Below, one piece after another: positions 1-9,281 of a DNA stretch of 64,000 nucleotides. The position numbers and the translations under genes were made by a program. The DNA comes from an uncultured Clostridia bacterium. Its GTDB lineage: Bacteria; Bacillota; Clostridia; DUPQ01. The stretch is from the NCBI GenBank assembly GCA_963766335.1, contig CAVXZA010000002.1, positions 1,615,530 through 1,679,529 on the forward strand, written 5' to 3'. The notes below the pieces were generated by a model. It ran no database searches, had not been told where the DNA came from, and worked only from the letters and a program-made list of their open reading frames with translations. Numbering within the stretch: position 1 is the stretch's first letter; every line of letters starts with the position of its first letter.

Positions 1-51
1 GGGCTGAAATATAATGAGTTAGAAATTCTATGAAAGAGTGAGGATCTATCT

Positions 52-864
52 GTGATAATCATTGGAGAAAAAATAAACAGTACTTTAAAAAAAGTAAGGC
101 CGGCAATAGAAAAATATGATAAAAAGGCCATACAAGACTTGGCTTTGAGGCAAGTTGAAGCTGGTGCTACCTTTATAGATTTAAATGCGGGTATGTTTAT
201 GAACGATGAACCCGAAAGGCTGGAATGGCTTGTTAACACAGTCCAGGAAGTAACGGATGCTCCATTGGCAATGGATTCACCTAATCCTGTTGCCATTGAA
301 AGAGGGCTAAAAGCTAATAAAAACGGTAAAGCAATCATCAATTCTATTACTGATGAAACTGAAAGATTTGAAGCTATCATGCCGCTTATAAAGAAATATG
401 ATACTGCTGTAATTGCTTTGTGCATGGACGACACCGGAATGCCTGAGACCATAGAAGACAGGGTAAAGATTGCACGCAGCATGATAACAAAACTTTCTGA
501 AGCCGGAGTAGCTCATGAAGATATTTTTATAGATCCGCTGATCAGACCGATAGGAACAGGTTCCCATTATGGAAAAGTTGCCATAGGAACCATGAGGCAG
601 GTCAAGGAAGAGTTCCCGAATGTGCACATTACATGCGGACTCAGCAACATATCCTTCGGCATTCCAGCAAGAAAACTGATGAACCAGACATTCCTCGTGG
701 CTGCTACCGCCAACGGGATGGACGGAGCGATACTCAATCCTCTTGATAAGAAACTGATGACATTCCTTTATGCCGCTGAAGCGCTGATGGGACATGATGA
801 TTACTGCATGAACTATTTAACAGCTTATAGGGAAGGCAAACTCGAAGGTTTCGAACCTAAATAA
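52..864 (+). CDS. Pterin-binding methyltransferase; methyltetrahydrofolate:corrinoid methyltransferase (AcsE/MtrH-like) family
   Basis: 270 aa. DHPS-like pterin-binding fold with motifs GATFIDLN, AIINSIT, ALCMDD and GxSNxSFG, typical of MeTr. GTG start with AGTGAGGA ribosome-binding site upstream. Confidence 0.65.
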   Translation: MIIIGEKINSTLKKVRPAIEKYDKKAIQDLALRQVEAGATFIDLNAGMFMNDEPERLEWLVNTVQEVTDAPLAMDSPNPVAIERGLKANKNGKAIINSITDETERFEAIMPLIKKYDTAVIALCMDDTGMPETIEDRVKIARSMITKLSEAGVAHEDIFIDPLIRPIGTGSHYGKVAIGTMRQVKEEFPNVHITCGLSNISFGIPARKLMNQTFLVAATANGMDGAILNPLDKKLMTFLYAAEALMGHDDYCMNYLTAYREGKLEGFEPK

Positions 865-886
865 GTATAAGAACACTCTAAAAAAC

Positions 887-916
887 AAACCCGGTTTGAT
901 TCAAGCCGGGTTTTTT
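887..916. terminator. Bidirectional rho-independent terminator between convergent genes
   Basis: aaacccgg...ccgggttt hairpin flanked by an A-run and a T-run. Confidence 0.7.
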
Positions 917-954
917 AATGTTATTACTAAGCCCCTCATGGCATTATGGGAGTA

Positions 955-1941
955 TCATGCTGTTTTTGTTTTAGCAGTTATCAATTGCCAAATTTTAATA
1001 ATCCCATAAACGGCCATAACACTGCCGAAAGCCAGTGTTCCCAATTTGCCACCTGCTCCCTGGAGAGTATATGAGAAAATAAATGCAAATCCAGAAATTA
1101 GTCCTGTTGTAGCTATATAGAATTCATTTGACAACCTTTTGGGGCTGGACATTCCTGCAAATGACGCACAGAATGCCATAATAGCCATAGTAGCACCATA
1201 ATCAGGGAAAATCAGAGGGAGCCATAATCCGGCCATAACACCTATCAGTGCCGAAGCCAAAACGGGACCGAGTTTCAGGCGTACAGACAGGACATATGTG
1301 ATAACAGCAGCCAATATGGATATCAAAACCAAGATCAATCCAATATCCCATCCTGCAAAACTCTTAGCCGGTATCCGGTTCCCGGTAATTAGTGCAGCAA
1401 GAAGACACGCTGTAAAAGCAATTGTTCCGAACTTCCCACCGAAGCCGTTCAAAACATTTTTGGCCATAACATAGATTATTCCTGCTAGAACCGCAGCAAT
1501 AAGCAATTCCCATTGATTAAGAAGTAATGCGGAACTCATGCCTGCGAACGATCCGCAAAAAACCGGAGCCGCATACTTTTTAAAAAAAACAGCTGCGACA
1601 ACCCCGACGATACCGGATGCCAATACAGACCCAAGACCTGCATATATGCTGAGGGCATATGTTATGACAGCACCCAGGAAAACTGCAGCGAATATCTTTA
1701 GGTTTTCTATATTGAGTAATTTCCCATCAGTTTTTAGTGACCTAATGGCGAAAGCTTCCTTTATGAGTGTAAAAACAATACCCAGAAGGGAGAGAAGTAA
1801 TAAAATCATTACAGGAATGTTAGTTCTCGCAGCGTTAGAAAATGTTATAACATAAAGAATCAATGCCATAGCCGCCAGCATCATAAAACCTATTTTAAAA
1901 ACCTGAGTTTTCCTTATTTGATGTTTTTGCGTCATTATCAT
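955..1941 (-). CDS. Polytopic membrane protein of unknown function with internal two-fold repeat
   Basis: 328 aa, about 10 hydrophobic helices. Two homologous halves each contain a CxSFAGMSS motif (VFCGSFAGMSSALL and AFCASFAGMSSPKRL). Confidence 0.5.
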   Translation of the reverse strand: MIMTQKHQIRKTQVFKIGFMMLAAMALILYVITFSNAARTNIPVMILLLLSLLGIVFTLIKEAFAIRSLKTDGKLLNIENLKIFAAVFLGAVITYALSIYAGLGSVLASGIVGVVAAVFFKKYAAPVFCGSFAGMSSALLLNQWELLIAAVLAGIIYVMAKNVLNGFGGKFGTIAFTACLLAALITGNRIPAKSFAGWDIGLILVLISILAAVITYVLSVRLKLGPVLASALIGVMAGLWLPLIFPDYGATMAIMAFCASFAGMSSPKRLSNEFYIATTGLISGFAFIFSYTLQGAGGKLGTLAFGSVMAVYGIIKIWQLITAKTKTA

Positions 1942-2341
1942 ATCCTTTCACAAAGTTCTAAAATTGAATCTTGCCATAAGAAATTATTTCAAAATACAAG
2001 CGGAATGTCAATAATACAAAAACAGAAGTTCTTTTCAATTCGTCGTGGTAAAATTAATACTTGCACAGTTTCCTTTTACTTATTAGCATACCTTTTACAT
2101 GATATCCACACTTTGAAAGCGGTATATTCAGCAGTTTTTCTTGCTGAAACATATATGTGAACTGCCTTGCTGTCCTCGCTGAAATTGACCTTTTCTACTT
2201 TCAAGGAAGCTTTTGTCCAAAGGATGTTTTTATCCAATGAATTTTTCAAACATACTTCTGAAATTAATTATCTTATCCATTGAATTACAGGCTTGCTCAT
2301 TTGATATAATGTTTATATAGTAATTGATTTCGGAGGGTGTT

Positions 2342-2914
2342 ATGGAGTGTTTTAAAACTATAATGGGTAGAAGAAGCATAAGAAAATTCGAAAGGAAAGA
2401 AGTGCGGTTGGAAGAATTGAAAGAACTGGTTAAATATGGCGGAATGGCTGCGAGTGGTATGAATGTGCAGCCGATTAAATATATCATTGTCTCATCAGAT
2501 GAAAAAGCATCTGAGATATTCCCATATACAAGATGGGCAGGATACCTTAAGGGAAAAGGTTCGCCATCATTTGAGGAAAGACCTGCGGCTTTTATCCTTG
2601 TTTTAAATGATAATAATCTCAGAAAAAGCGGATACGAACTCGATGCCGGTGCTGCAGTGCAGAACATTTTGCTAGCGGCTCATTCAATGGGGCTTGGAGC
2701 ATGCTGGCTCGGTGCGATTGATTATGATAAAATTTCTGAAATTACAAAAATCAACAGCGAGTATAAACTTATTTCAGCCATTGCCGTTGGTTATCCCGCA
2801 CAGATAAGTATTTCAGAGCCGTCAAAAGGGGACATAAGATACTATCTTGATGATGAAGATGTGCTTCATGTCCCCAAACGCAGACTTGATGAAATCATTT
2901 TAAATATTTTTTAA
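2342..2914 (+). CDS. Nitroreductase family protein
   Basis: N-terminal RRSIRKF motif and overall nitroreductase-fold similarity. ATG at 2342 preceded by GGAGGG; the track ORF starts at an upstream TTG. Confidence 0.7.
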   Translation: MECFKTIMGRRSIRKFERKEVRLEELKELVKYGGMAASGMNVQPIKYIIVSSDEKASEIFPYTRWAGYLKGKGSPSFEERPAAFILVLNDNNLRKSGYELDAGAAVQNILLAAHSMGLGACWLGAIDYDKISEITKINSEYKLISAIAVGYPAQISISEPSKGDIRYYLDDEDVLHVPKRRLDEIILNIF

Positions 2915-4385
2915 TCAGGTAATCACAGTAGTAGTTTGGATTAAAATCTTCGCCACAGGCGTAATTGATGATTTCTTTCGGTTTTAGAAGTTCGCCGTGC
3001 TTATGGATTTTTTCAGACATCCATGCATTAATCCTTGATAGGTCGCCTTTTGCGACATCAGCCTTATAATCGAATTCCTTTTCCATGTGGGCTGTAAGCT
3101 GGGCTGAGATTGCGCTGCCAAGTGCATAAGTAGGGAAGTAGCCAAGCATGCCTTCAGACCAATGGACATCCTGCAGGACTCCCGTTGTATCATCCGGCGG
3201 AGTAATTCCGAGATATTCCTGGTATTTTTCTTTCCATACTTCCGGTAGTTCGCTGACTTCAATATCTCCGTTAAAGAGCATCCGTTCAATTTCATAGCGA
3301 ACCATGATGTGAAGGCTGTATGTCAATTCATCTGCTTCTACCCTAATCAAGGAAGCTTCGGGTTTGTTAACGGCATTGTAAAATTCTTCTGCGCTGACGT
3401 CTGCAAATTGCTCAGGGAAAAGATCTTTTAAAATGGGATGCAGGAATGCAGTGAATTCCCTTGAGCGTCCTATTATATTTTCGTAAAACCGTGACTGGGA
3501 TTCGTGCAGCCCAAGTGAACCGCCGCCGTCAAGCCCGGTGTACATAAGTTCATCTGCCGTATTCAATTCATAGGTTGCATGCCCGCCTTCATGAATGGTG
3601 CTGTAAATTGCTGAAGCAAGATTCTTTTCATAAAAATGAGTTGTGAACCTGACGTCCTTTTTATTAATGCCCATAGTAAAGGGATGCTCTGATTCAGCCC
3701 AGGCAAAACTTTCCCTGTTGATTTTCATGATATCAATAAGTTTTTCTGTTAATTCCTTTTGTTTGTCTATAGGATAAGAACGTTTCATGAAATCATCGCG
3801 AATGTCCTTATATTTGGGTATTGATTCATGTATCAGTGGAACGACTTTTTCTTTCAGAACTGAAAAGAACAAGTCATAGTCTTTCATTGTATAACCCTTT
3901 TCAAAATCATCGAGAAAGACATTATAAGGTTTTTTATCAGGATTTCTGTAAGCAGCAAACCTTTTCAAAGTGGCTACGATTTTTTCCAGATATGGTTCAA
4001 AAGCCGGAAAGTCGTTTTCAAGCTTTGCTTTTTCCCATACATGATTAGCATCATTGGTTAATTTCATATACTCCATGAATTCTTGCATGGGTATTTTTGA
4101 AGTCTTGTCGAACTCCTCGCGGCCTTCTTCAGCAATTCTAAATGTAATTTTATCGAGATTCTCTTTGTTTTCCAGTAGAAAATTAAGCAGGTCATCGGTT
4201 TCCTTGTTGATGAATGATTTATATACTTCGCCTGATAGAAAAGAAAGAGTTCTGCCCCTGCCCTCAAAACTATTCGGAGGTGCAACCGTAGACCCGTCAA
4301 GATGCAGCATCGCCATAGCTTGGCCGAATGCGCTCTGCTTTGCAATTAATTCCGTTAATTTGCCTTTTGCTTCTTCTAAATTCAT
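2895..4385 (-). CDS. Carboxypeptidase Taq-like metallopeptidase (M32 family)
   Basis: 496 aa with HEGGHATYE zinc motif (HExxH), HESQSRF and DxRxExD-like segments typical of M32 carboxypeptidases. Confidence 0.8.
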   Translation of the reverse strand: MNLEEAKGKLTELIAKQSAFGQAMAMLHLDGSTVAPPNSFEGRGRTLSFLSGEVYKSFINKETDDLLNFLLENKENLDKITFRIAEEGREEFDKTSKIPMQEFMEYMKLTNDANHVWEKAKLENDFPAFEPYLEKIVATLKRFAAYRNPDKKPYNVFLDDFEKGYTMKDYDLFFSVLKEKVVPLIHESIPKYKDIRDDFMKRSYPIDKQKELTEKLIDIMKINRESFAWAESEHPFTMGINKKDVRFTTHFYEKNLASAIYSTIHEGGHATYELNTADELMYTGLDGGGSLGLHESQSRFYENIIGRSREFTAFLHPILKDLFPEQFADVSAEEFYNAVNKPEASLIRVEADELTYSLHIMVRYEIERMLFNGDIEVSELPEVWKEKYQEYLGITPPDDTTGVLQDVHWSEGMLGYFPTYALGSAISAQLTAHMEKEFDYKADVAKGDLSRINAWMSEKIHKHGELLKPKEIINYACGEDFNPNYYCDYLIKKYLK

Positions 4386-4506
4386 ATTTTAATCCACCTT
4401 AATTAAGATATATTAATGATATATTGTTAATCTGTTTTATTCAACATATGCATACAATTTAGATTTTTAATGCTAATGGTAAATTTGTGGTTATTCTTAA
4501 ATTAAA

Positions 4507-4608
4507 GCTTTCACCACACACGGGTTCGAGTTCCTTTATATAACAAGATAGAAGAGCTGATATCATCTGATGAAATCAGCTCTTCTATGGTGCGGGCGAA
4601 GGGACTCT
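4507..4608. repeat. Direct repeat copy 1: conserved block + hairpin + 21-nt copy of tRNA-Leu 3' end (truncated pseudo-tRNA)
   Basis: Shares gctttcacc..cacgggttcgagt.cc and atggtgcgggcgaagggactc with copy 2 at 4695-4806. After ...gggactc the sequence diverges (tattccgc instead of gaaccccc), so no complete tRNA is present here. Confidence 0.6.
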
Positions 4609-4672
4609 ATTCCGCTGCGCTATGCTTGCGTAATATCCACGTCGGCTCTGATAAGCCTCCTGCGTGAAATCT

Positions 4673-4700
4673 AAAAAACAATCCGCCGGATTGTTTTTCT
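4673..4700. terminator. Bidirectional terminator-like palindrome
   Basis: aaaaaacaatccg c cggattgtttttct: 9-bp perfect stem with an A-run and a T-run on either side. Confidence 0.55.
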
Positions 4701-4806
4701 AAACGCTTTCACCCCTCACGGGTTCGAGTCCCTCTTGGTATACAGGAAAAAAAGAACAGACATCTGATTATGCCTGTTCTTTTATGGTGCGGGCGAAGGG
4801 ACTCGA
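4695..4806. repeat. Direct repeat copy 2 (contains terminator and 3' end of intact tRNA-Leu)
   Basis: See copy 1. Conserved blocks are identical; the central hairpin is different. Confidence 0.6.
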
Positions 4807-4869
4807 ACCCCCACACCTCTCGGCACTAGATCCTAAATCTAGCACGTCTGCCAGTTCCGTCACGCCCGC
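4785..4869 (-). tRNA. tRNA-Leu (anticodon TAG)
   Basis: Reverse complement reads GCGGGCG...CTAGA TTTAGGA TCTAG...GGGGGTTCGAGTCCC TTCGCCCGC ACCA. 7-bp acceptor stem, long variable arm, anticodon loop TT-TAG-GA, encoded CCA. A minus-strand terminator hairpin (4750-4781) follows. Confidence 0.9.
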
Positions 4870-5068
4870 ATGCTATGAAAATTATAGTTTAACAGAACTG
4901 TGTTGTCAATTAAAAAAGCCTTTGAGCGACCCAATTATTATAAACCGAAAAAATGAAAAGGGAATAGTAGATATGTTTGCTATTTTTCTGGATTTTACAT
5001 TAATCTTCATGTACTATTATATTGATGATATATTAATAATGTATGAAGTTGAAAGGGAAATTGTTAAA

Positions 5069-5167
5069 TGAGTAGGAATAAAAGAATCAGGTTATTGGCA
5101 ATTGTGATAGCCCTAATTTTTCTGGGGACTTCTTTTATGATGCTGTTTTTATACGCTTTCAAATAAA
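5069..5167 (+). CDS. Possible small single-pass membrane peptide (32 aa)
   Basis: MSRNKRIRLLAIVIALIFLGTSFMMLFLYAFK. AAGGGA about 10 nt upstream. Followed by a 10-bp stem hairpin at 5173-5207. Below the track size cutoff. Confidence 0.25.
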
Positions 5168-5323
5168 AATTTGTGAGCAGGTCATATATTTTGCTCACAA
5201 ATGAGTATCATATGTTTCAAAATCATAACAAAACCTAAGATTTCGTTTTATTTTACCTTTAAGTATGTATAATTATTATACAGGGGATGTAGAAATGCCC
5301 CTGATGGTGTGCAGGTGGCCTGA

Positions 5324-6217
5324 ATGAATTTATTCGATGGACTAAATATTGGTGAACAACTGAAATTCTTTGCACTGGAGATTACCGGCGTGTGGGCTGT
5401 CATCGGTATAGTAATAGATATCCTGATTGTATCCTACATTGCATATAAGATAATCCAACTGGTGCAGGAAACGCGCGCCTGGAGTCTATTCAAAGGTCTC
5501 CTGGCAATTCTTGTTGTCGCCGTTATCAGCGATATATTCAATCTAAGGACGATATCCTTTCTTATTGACAACATCATAGCATTTGCTTTCCTTGCTATTG
5601 TAGTAATCTTCCAGCCTGAAATCAGAAGGGCTCTGGAGAAACTCGGAACTGGTGGCTTCAGGAATATTTTCGGCAGCAACGGTTCTGAAGAAGATATTCT
5701 AAAGACTACTACCATGATTGAAGAAGTAGTCAATGTCTGTGAAAGTATGTCCCAGTCATACACCGGTTCTATAATTGTAATAGAAAGAGATATTAAACTC
5801 GGAGAAATCATTAATAAGGGCGTTCAGATGGAATCAAAGATTTCAGAGGCACTGCTTATGAGTATATTCAATACGAAGACTCCGCTTCATGACGGAGCAG
5901 TGATAATCAGGGACGAAAAAATAATGGCTGCGGCCTGTGTCCTTCCTCTTACTGACAATCCCAACCTAAGTTCCGACCTTGGAACAAGGCACAGGGCTGC
6001 ACTGGGTATAACAGAAGTTTCCGATTGCATCGCGATAGTCACTTCTGAAGAGTCTGGAAAGATTTCATACGCAAACAATGGGGGACTCGTCCGCAACCTG
6101 ACCAAAGAGACACTTAGAAAAGCCATGCAGATTAATCTCCTTAAGGGTGAAAAAACAAAACGCAGAACATTTAGTTTCCTGAGAGGTAAAAAAGGTGCTG
6201 GAAAAGATACGACATAA
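5324..6217 (+). CDS. cdaA: Diadenylate cyclase CdaA (c-di-AMP synthase, DAC domain)
   Basis: N-terminal 3 TM helices then DisA_N/DAC domain with DGA and RHRAA motifs. AGGTGG ribosome-binding site. Followed by cdaR-glmM-glmS as in Firmicutes. Confidence 0.9.
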   Translation: MNLFDGLNIGEQLKFFALEITGVWAVIGIVIDILIVSYIAYKIIQLVQETRAWSLFKGLLAILVVAVISDIFNLRTISFLIDNIIAFAFLAIVVIFQPEIRRALEKLGTGGFRNIFGSNGSEEDILKTTTMIEEVVNVCESMSQSYTGSIIVIERDIKLGEIINKGVQMESKISEALLMSIFNTKTPLHDGAVIIRDEKIMAAACVLPLTDNPNLSSDLGTRHRAALGITEVSDCIAIVTSEESGKISYANNGGLVRNLTKETLRKAMQINLLKGEKTKRRTFSFLRGKKGAGKDTT

Positions 6218-7667
6218 TTTACCGATGAAAATACTGTCCGTGGTGATAGCGGTCTTATTCTGGTTCATGGTATATACCAATGAGAACCCTATTGAAACGC
6301 GCCAGATTAACATTTCGCTTACTCCGATTAACGAAGCATCCCTGGCCACGGATAACCTGAGGATTCTAAATGAATATGATTCCGAGATTGGGGTAACACT
6401 GCGTGGACGTAGTTCCGAAATTGAACAGGTAAGTGAAAAGGATTTTACAGCTTATTTAGATTTCAGCGCTATTAATAATGAATATACCGACTATGTGGAA
6501 ATATCCGGACTTAATTATCTCGGAGACAGGAATATTATTTACGAACTGAATGGCAGCGGCAGGATCGGGCTGAGCGTCGACCGGATCATAACCGGTGAAA
6601 TACCCATTACAGTTGAGATAATAGGGGAAACAGCAGAGGGCTTCTTCATCGCCGGCGGACCCGTGCTACAACCAGCGAATTATACTGTACTCGACATAAA
6701 AAGCATTGTAACAGAAGTTGCCACAGCTGTAGTAACCGTTGATGTAAGCGGAATGAAGGGAACCGAGACGGTAAGGAAGCTGTGCATGCTCTACGATGAA
6801 AACGGCGAATTAATAAGTGAATTGAGCAACAAGAACGCTATTGATATTACAGTAAATATAGCAAAGAGCGTACCTGTACAGGTTAAGCTTGAAGGCGTTC
6901 CTGCGATAGATCATATAGAAACAGAAGCTGTTTCAGACCCCACTCATGTGTTGGTGTCAGGTTCTGAAGAAGAACTGGCCATGATTGAAAAAGTTACGAC
7001 GCTCCCTGTAAATATTGAAGGTGCGGATGAAACATTCGTCGCAACCACAGGGTTGCAGACTCTCCCGGCAGGGCTGAAAATTGTTGGTACCGGTGAAATT
7101 GAAATAGGTGTTACCATAGAAACCCTGCAGGAAAAAACTTTAATTTTCAACCCGTCGAATATTAATATCAGGTACGGATTGGGCAACAAGGACTACGATA
7201 TTATCAGCGGTTATATAGAAGTGACAGTAAAAGGCCGGAAGAGTATGCTTGACACTATAACCGTGTACTCTGCTGATGGATATATAGATGTGAGCAATAC
7301 GGAAGACGGTCTTGTTAGTCTGCCGCTTCGCTTTGACAATCTAAACAATGTAGAACAGATGAGTTTCCCGCTGGTAGAAGTGTATATCCAGACTGAAATG
7401 AGCATTGCGGTATATACTGAAGACATATTCTTGGAAAACAGAAGCGGTGGTAATTACACGTATGAATTTATAAACACTGCTGCAAACCTTAATCTAATTG
7501 GCTTGTCAGAAAATCTGGATAATCTGGATTACGGCACCCTGAATCCTACTCTAGACGTTGGAGAGCTTAAGGCAGGCACCCACACGGTTACAATATCTAT
7601 AAGCCTTCCTGATGGCGTAGCGATTTCCGGTGAACTGACGACACAGCTTAAAATTACGGATAATTAA
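6195..7667 (+). CDS. cdaR: CdaA regulatory protein CdaR (YbbR-like domain protein)
   Basis: N-terminal TM helix followed by repeated YbbR-like beta-rich domains. Conserved position between cdaA and glmM. Start uncertain (GTG 6195 overlapping cdaA end, or ATG 6225). Confidence 0.75.
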   Translation: MLEKIRHNLPMKILSVVIAVLFWFMVYTNENPIETRQINISLTPINEASLATDNLRILNEYDSEIGVTLRGRSSEIEQVSEKDFTAYLDFSAINNEYTDYVEISGLNYLGDRNIIYELNGSGRIGLSVDRIITGEIPITVEIIGETAEGFFIAGGPVLQPANYTVLDIKSIVTEVATAVVTVDVSGMKGTETVRKLCMLYDENGELISELSNKNAIDITVNIAKSVPVQVKLEGVPAIDHIETEAVSDPTHVLVSGSEEELAMIEKVTTLPVNIEGADETFVATTGLQTLPAGLKIVGTGEIEIGVTIETLQEKTLIFNPSNINIRYGLGNKDYDIISGYIEVTVKGRKSMLDTITVYSADGYIDVSNTEDGLVSLPLRFDNLNNVEQMSFPLVEVYIQTEMSIAVYTEDIFLENRSGGNYTYEFINTAANLNLIGLSENLDNLDYGTLNPTLDVGELKAGTHTVTISISLPDGVAISGELTTQLKITDN

Positions 7668-7669
7668 AT

Positions 7670-9262
7670 ATGATAACATTAATAATAGATAATATCAGGG
7701 TGCCTGTGGAAACGGCATTCAAAGAGGGATTGGACAATTCAATCATGTCCGCGGTCAGGATGCGTCTTGGAACCGCGGATTTTGAATATAGGGGACTTTT
7801 TCATAAATCAATCGATGCAAGGCGAAAAGGCAGGATTAATCATGTTCTGTCTGCCAGAATAGGAATTGATGATACTTTTAATACCGATAATGTTGAGAAT
7901 GCAAGGGTATTTTTTAACGATGCTCCTGTAACTTTAGCACAGGGGAATATTAAAATAGAAAATCCGCCTGTTGTTGTAGGAAGCGGTCCGTGCGGCCTTT
8001 TTTGCGCATATATCCTGGCCAGTAACGGATATGACCCTATTATCATTGAACGCGGTGAGGATATTGATGCGAGGAAAGAATCTGTCCGTGGTTTCTGGAA
8101 AACCGGTGTACTGGATCCGGATTCGAATGTGCAGTTCGGCGAGGGAGGAGCGGGTACATTTTCAGACGGCAAATTGGTCACCCGTATAAATGATAAAAGA
8201 TGCGATATGGTAATAAAGGCCTTCTTAAGCAACGGGGCTCCCAAAGAAATTGGGTATGAAGCGCGTCCGCATATTGGAACTGATGCCTTGGTTCCGGTAA
8301 TTAAAAGCATACGAAGAGAAATTGAAAAACTCGGGGGTAGGTTTATATTCAGGGCAAAACTGACGGACATCAGTGCAAACGGGAGTATTCAGTCCGTAAG
8401 GGTTAATGATGAATATGACATCGCTGCCAACGTAATTGTGCTTGCGATTGGGCACAGCGCCCGTGATACCTTTGGGATGTTGTTTGACAAAGGCCTTGAA
8501 ATGGAAGCCAAGCCGTTTTCCGCAGGAGTCAGGATTGAACACCTGCAAAAAGATGTGAATTTTGCTCAATGGGGAAATCAAGGCCGTTTTATACTATCTG
8601 CAGCTGATTATTCCCTGTCCAGCCGAATAAGCGGCAGGGCGGCATACACTTTCTGCATGTGCCCGGGCGGGGTAGTAGTAAATGCTTCTAGTGAAAAAGA
8701 TGCATTAACAATAAATGGAATGAGCTATAATGCCAGAAATGGGAAAAACGCCAATAGTGCATGGGTTGCGGAAATCAGACCGGGGGATTTGGCTGCTAAA
8801 CATCCTCTGAGCGGGATAACATTTCAGCGCGAAATAGAAAAAGCTGCATTTTTGGCAGGCGGCAACTTCAATGCTCCGGTGCAGCTGCTTGGCGATTTTA
8901 TTAATGACCGGACTTCTACGAAGTTTGGCAAAATCAAACCATCCTATACCGGCGAAACGATATTTCATGATATAAACTCAATAATTCCGGCATTTATTTG
9001 TAACACCTTGAAAACCTCGCTTACCGGTTTTGGCAGGAAATTGAATTGCTTCCCGGATCCCGAAGCAGTTTTGACCGGATGCGAGACCAGGACAAGTTCG
9101 CCGGTAAGGATTTTAAGGAATGAAGAACATCAATCCTTATCTATGAAGGGCGTCTATCCTGCCGGAGAGGGAGCCGGCTATGCAGGTGGAATAATGAGCG
9201 CTGCCGTCGACGGTATCAAAGTTGCGGAATCCATCATTAAATTATATAATTACATCGGATGA
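7670..9262 (+). CDS. FAD-dependent protein (COG2509-like putative NAD(FAD)-utilizing dehydrogenase)
   Basis: 530 aa. Rossmann dinucleotide motif VVGSGPCGLFCAYILA...IIERG near residue 100 and C-terminal GEGAGYAGGI motif. Inserted between cdaR and glmM. Confidence 0.6.
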   Translation: MITLIIDNIRVPVETAFKEGLDNSIMSAVRMRLGTADFEYRGLFHKSIDARRKGRINHVLSARIGIDDTFNTDNVENARVFFNDAPVTLAQGNIKIENPPVVVGSGPCGLFCAYILASNGYDPIIIERGEDIDARKESVRGFWKTGVLDPDSNVQFGEGGAGTFSDGKLVTRINDKRCDMVIKAFLSNGAPKEIGYEARPHIGTDALVPVIKSIRREIEKLGGRFIFRAKLTDISANGSIQSVRVNDEYDIAANVIVLAIGHSARDTFGMLFDKGLEMEAKPFSAGVRIEHLQKDVNFAQWGNQGRFILSAADYSLSSRISGRAAYTFCMCPGGVVVNASSEKDALTINGMSYNARNGKNANSAWVAEIRPGDLAAKHPLSGITFQREIEKAAFLAGGNFNAPVQLLGDFINDRTSTKFGKIKPSYTGETIFHDINSIIPAFICNTLKTSLTGFGRKLNCFPDPEAVLTGCETRTSSPVRILRNEEHQSLSMKGVYPAGEGAGYAGGIMSAAVDGIKVAESIIKLYNYIG

Positions 9263-9281
9263 TATTTATTGAGGTTTACTA

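Noticed and set aside
307-795. 162-aa minus-strand ORF inside the MeTr-like gene, and many similar antisense ORFs across the window (e.g. 1538-1855, 2230-2667, 5434-5811, 7840-8370, 11355-11852, 15237-15671, 18719-19354, 33081-40427 series, 41017-43509 series)
   Set aside because: Fully embedded in or antisense to longer ORFs with recognisable protein families. No ribosome-binding sites. Low-complexity translations. Treated as six-frame noise.
4513-4735. Plus-strand GGGTTCGAGTCCC motifs (4519-4533, 4717-4731) as possible additional tRNA genes
   Set aside because: Only a 3-bp GGG/CCC stem around a T-loop-like sequence. No acceptor, D or anticodon arms in either orientation. Interpreted as inverted T-arm fragments within the duplicated module.
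4784-5071. 95-aa plus-strand ORF overlapping the tRNA-Leu gene
   Set aside because: Overlaps a well-formed tRNA on the opposite strand and then runs through AT-rich intergenic DNA. No ribosome-binding site.
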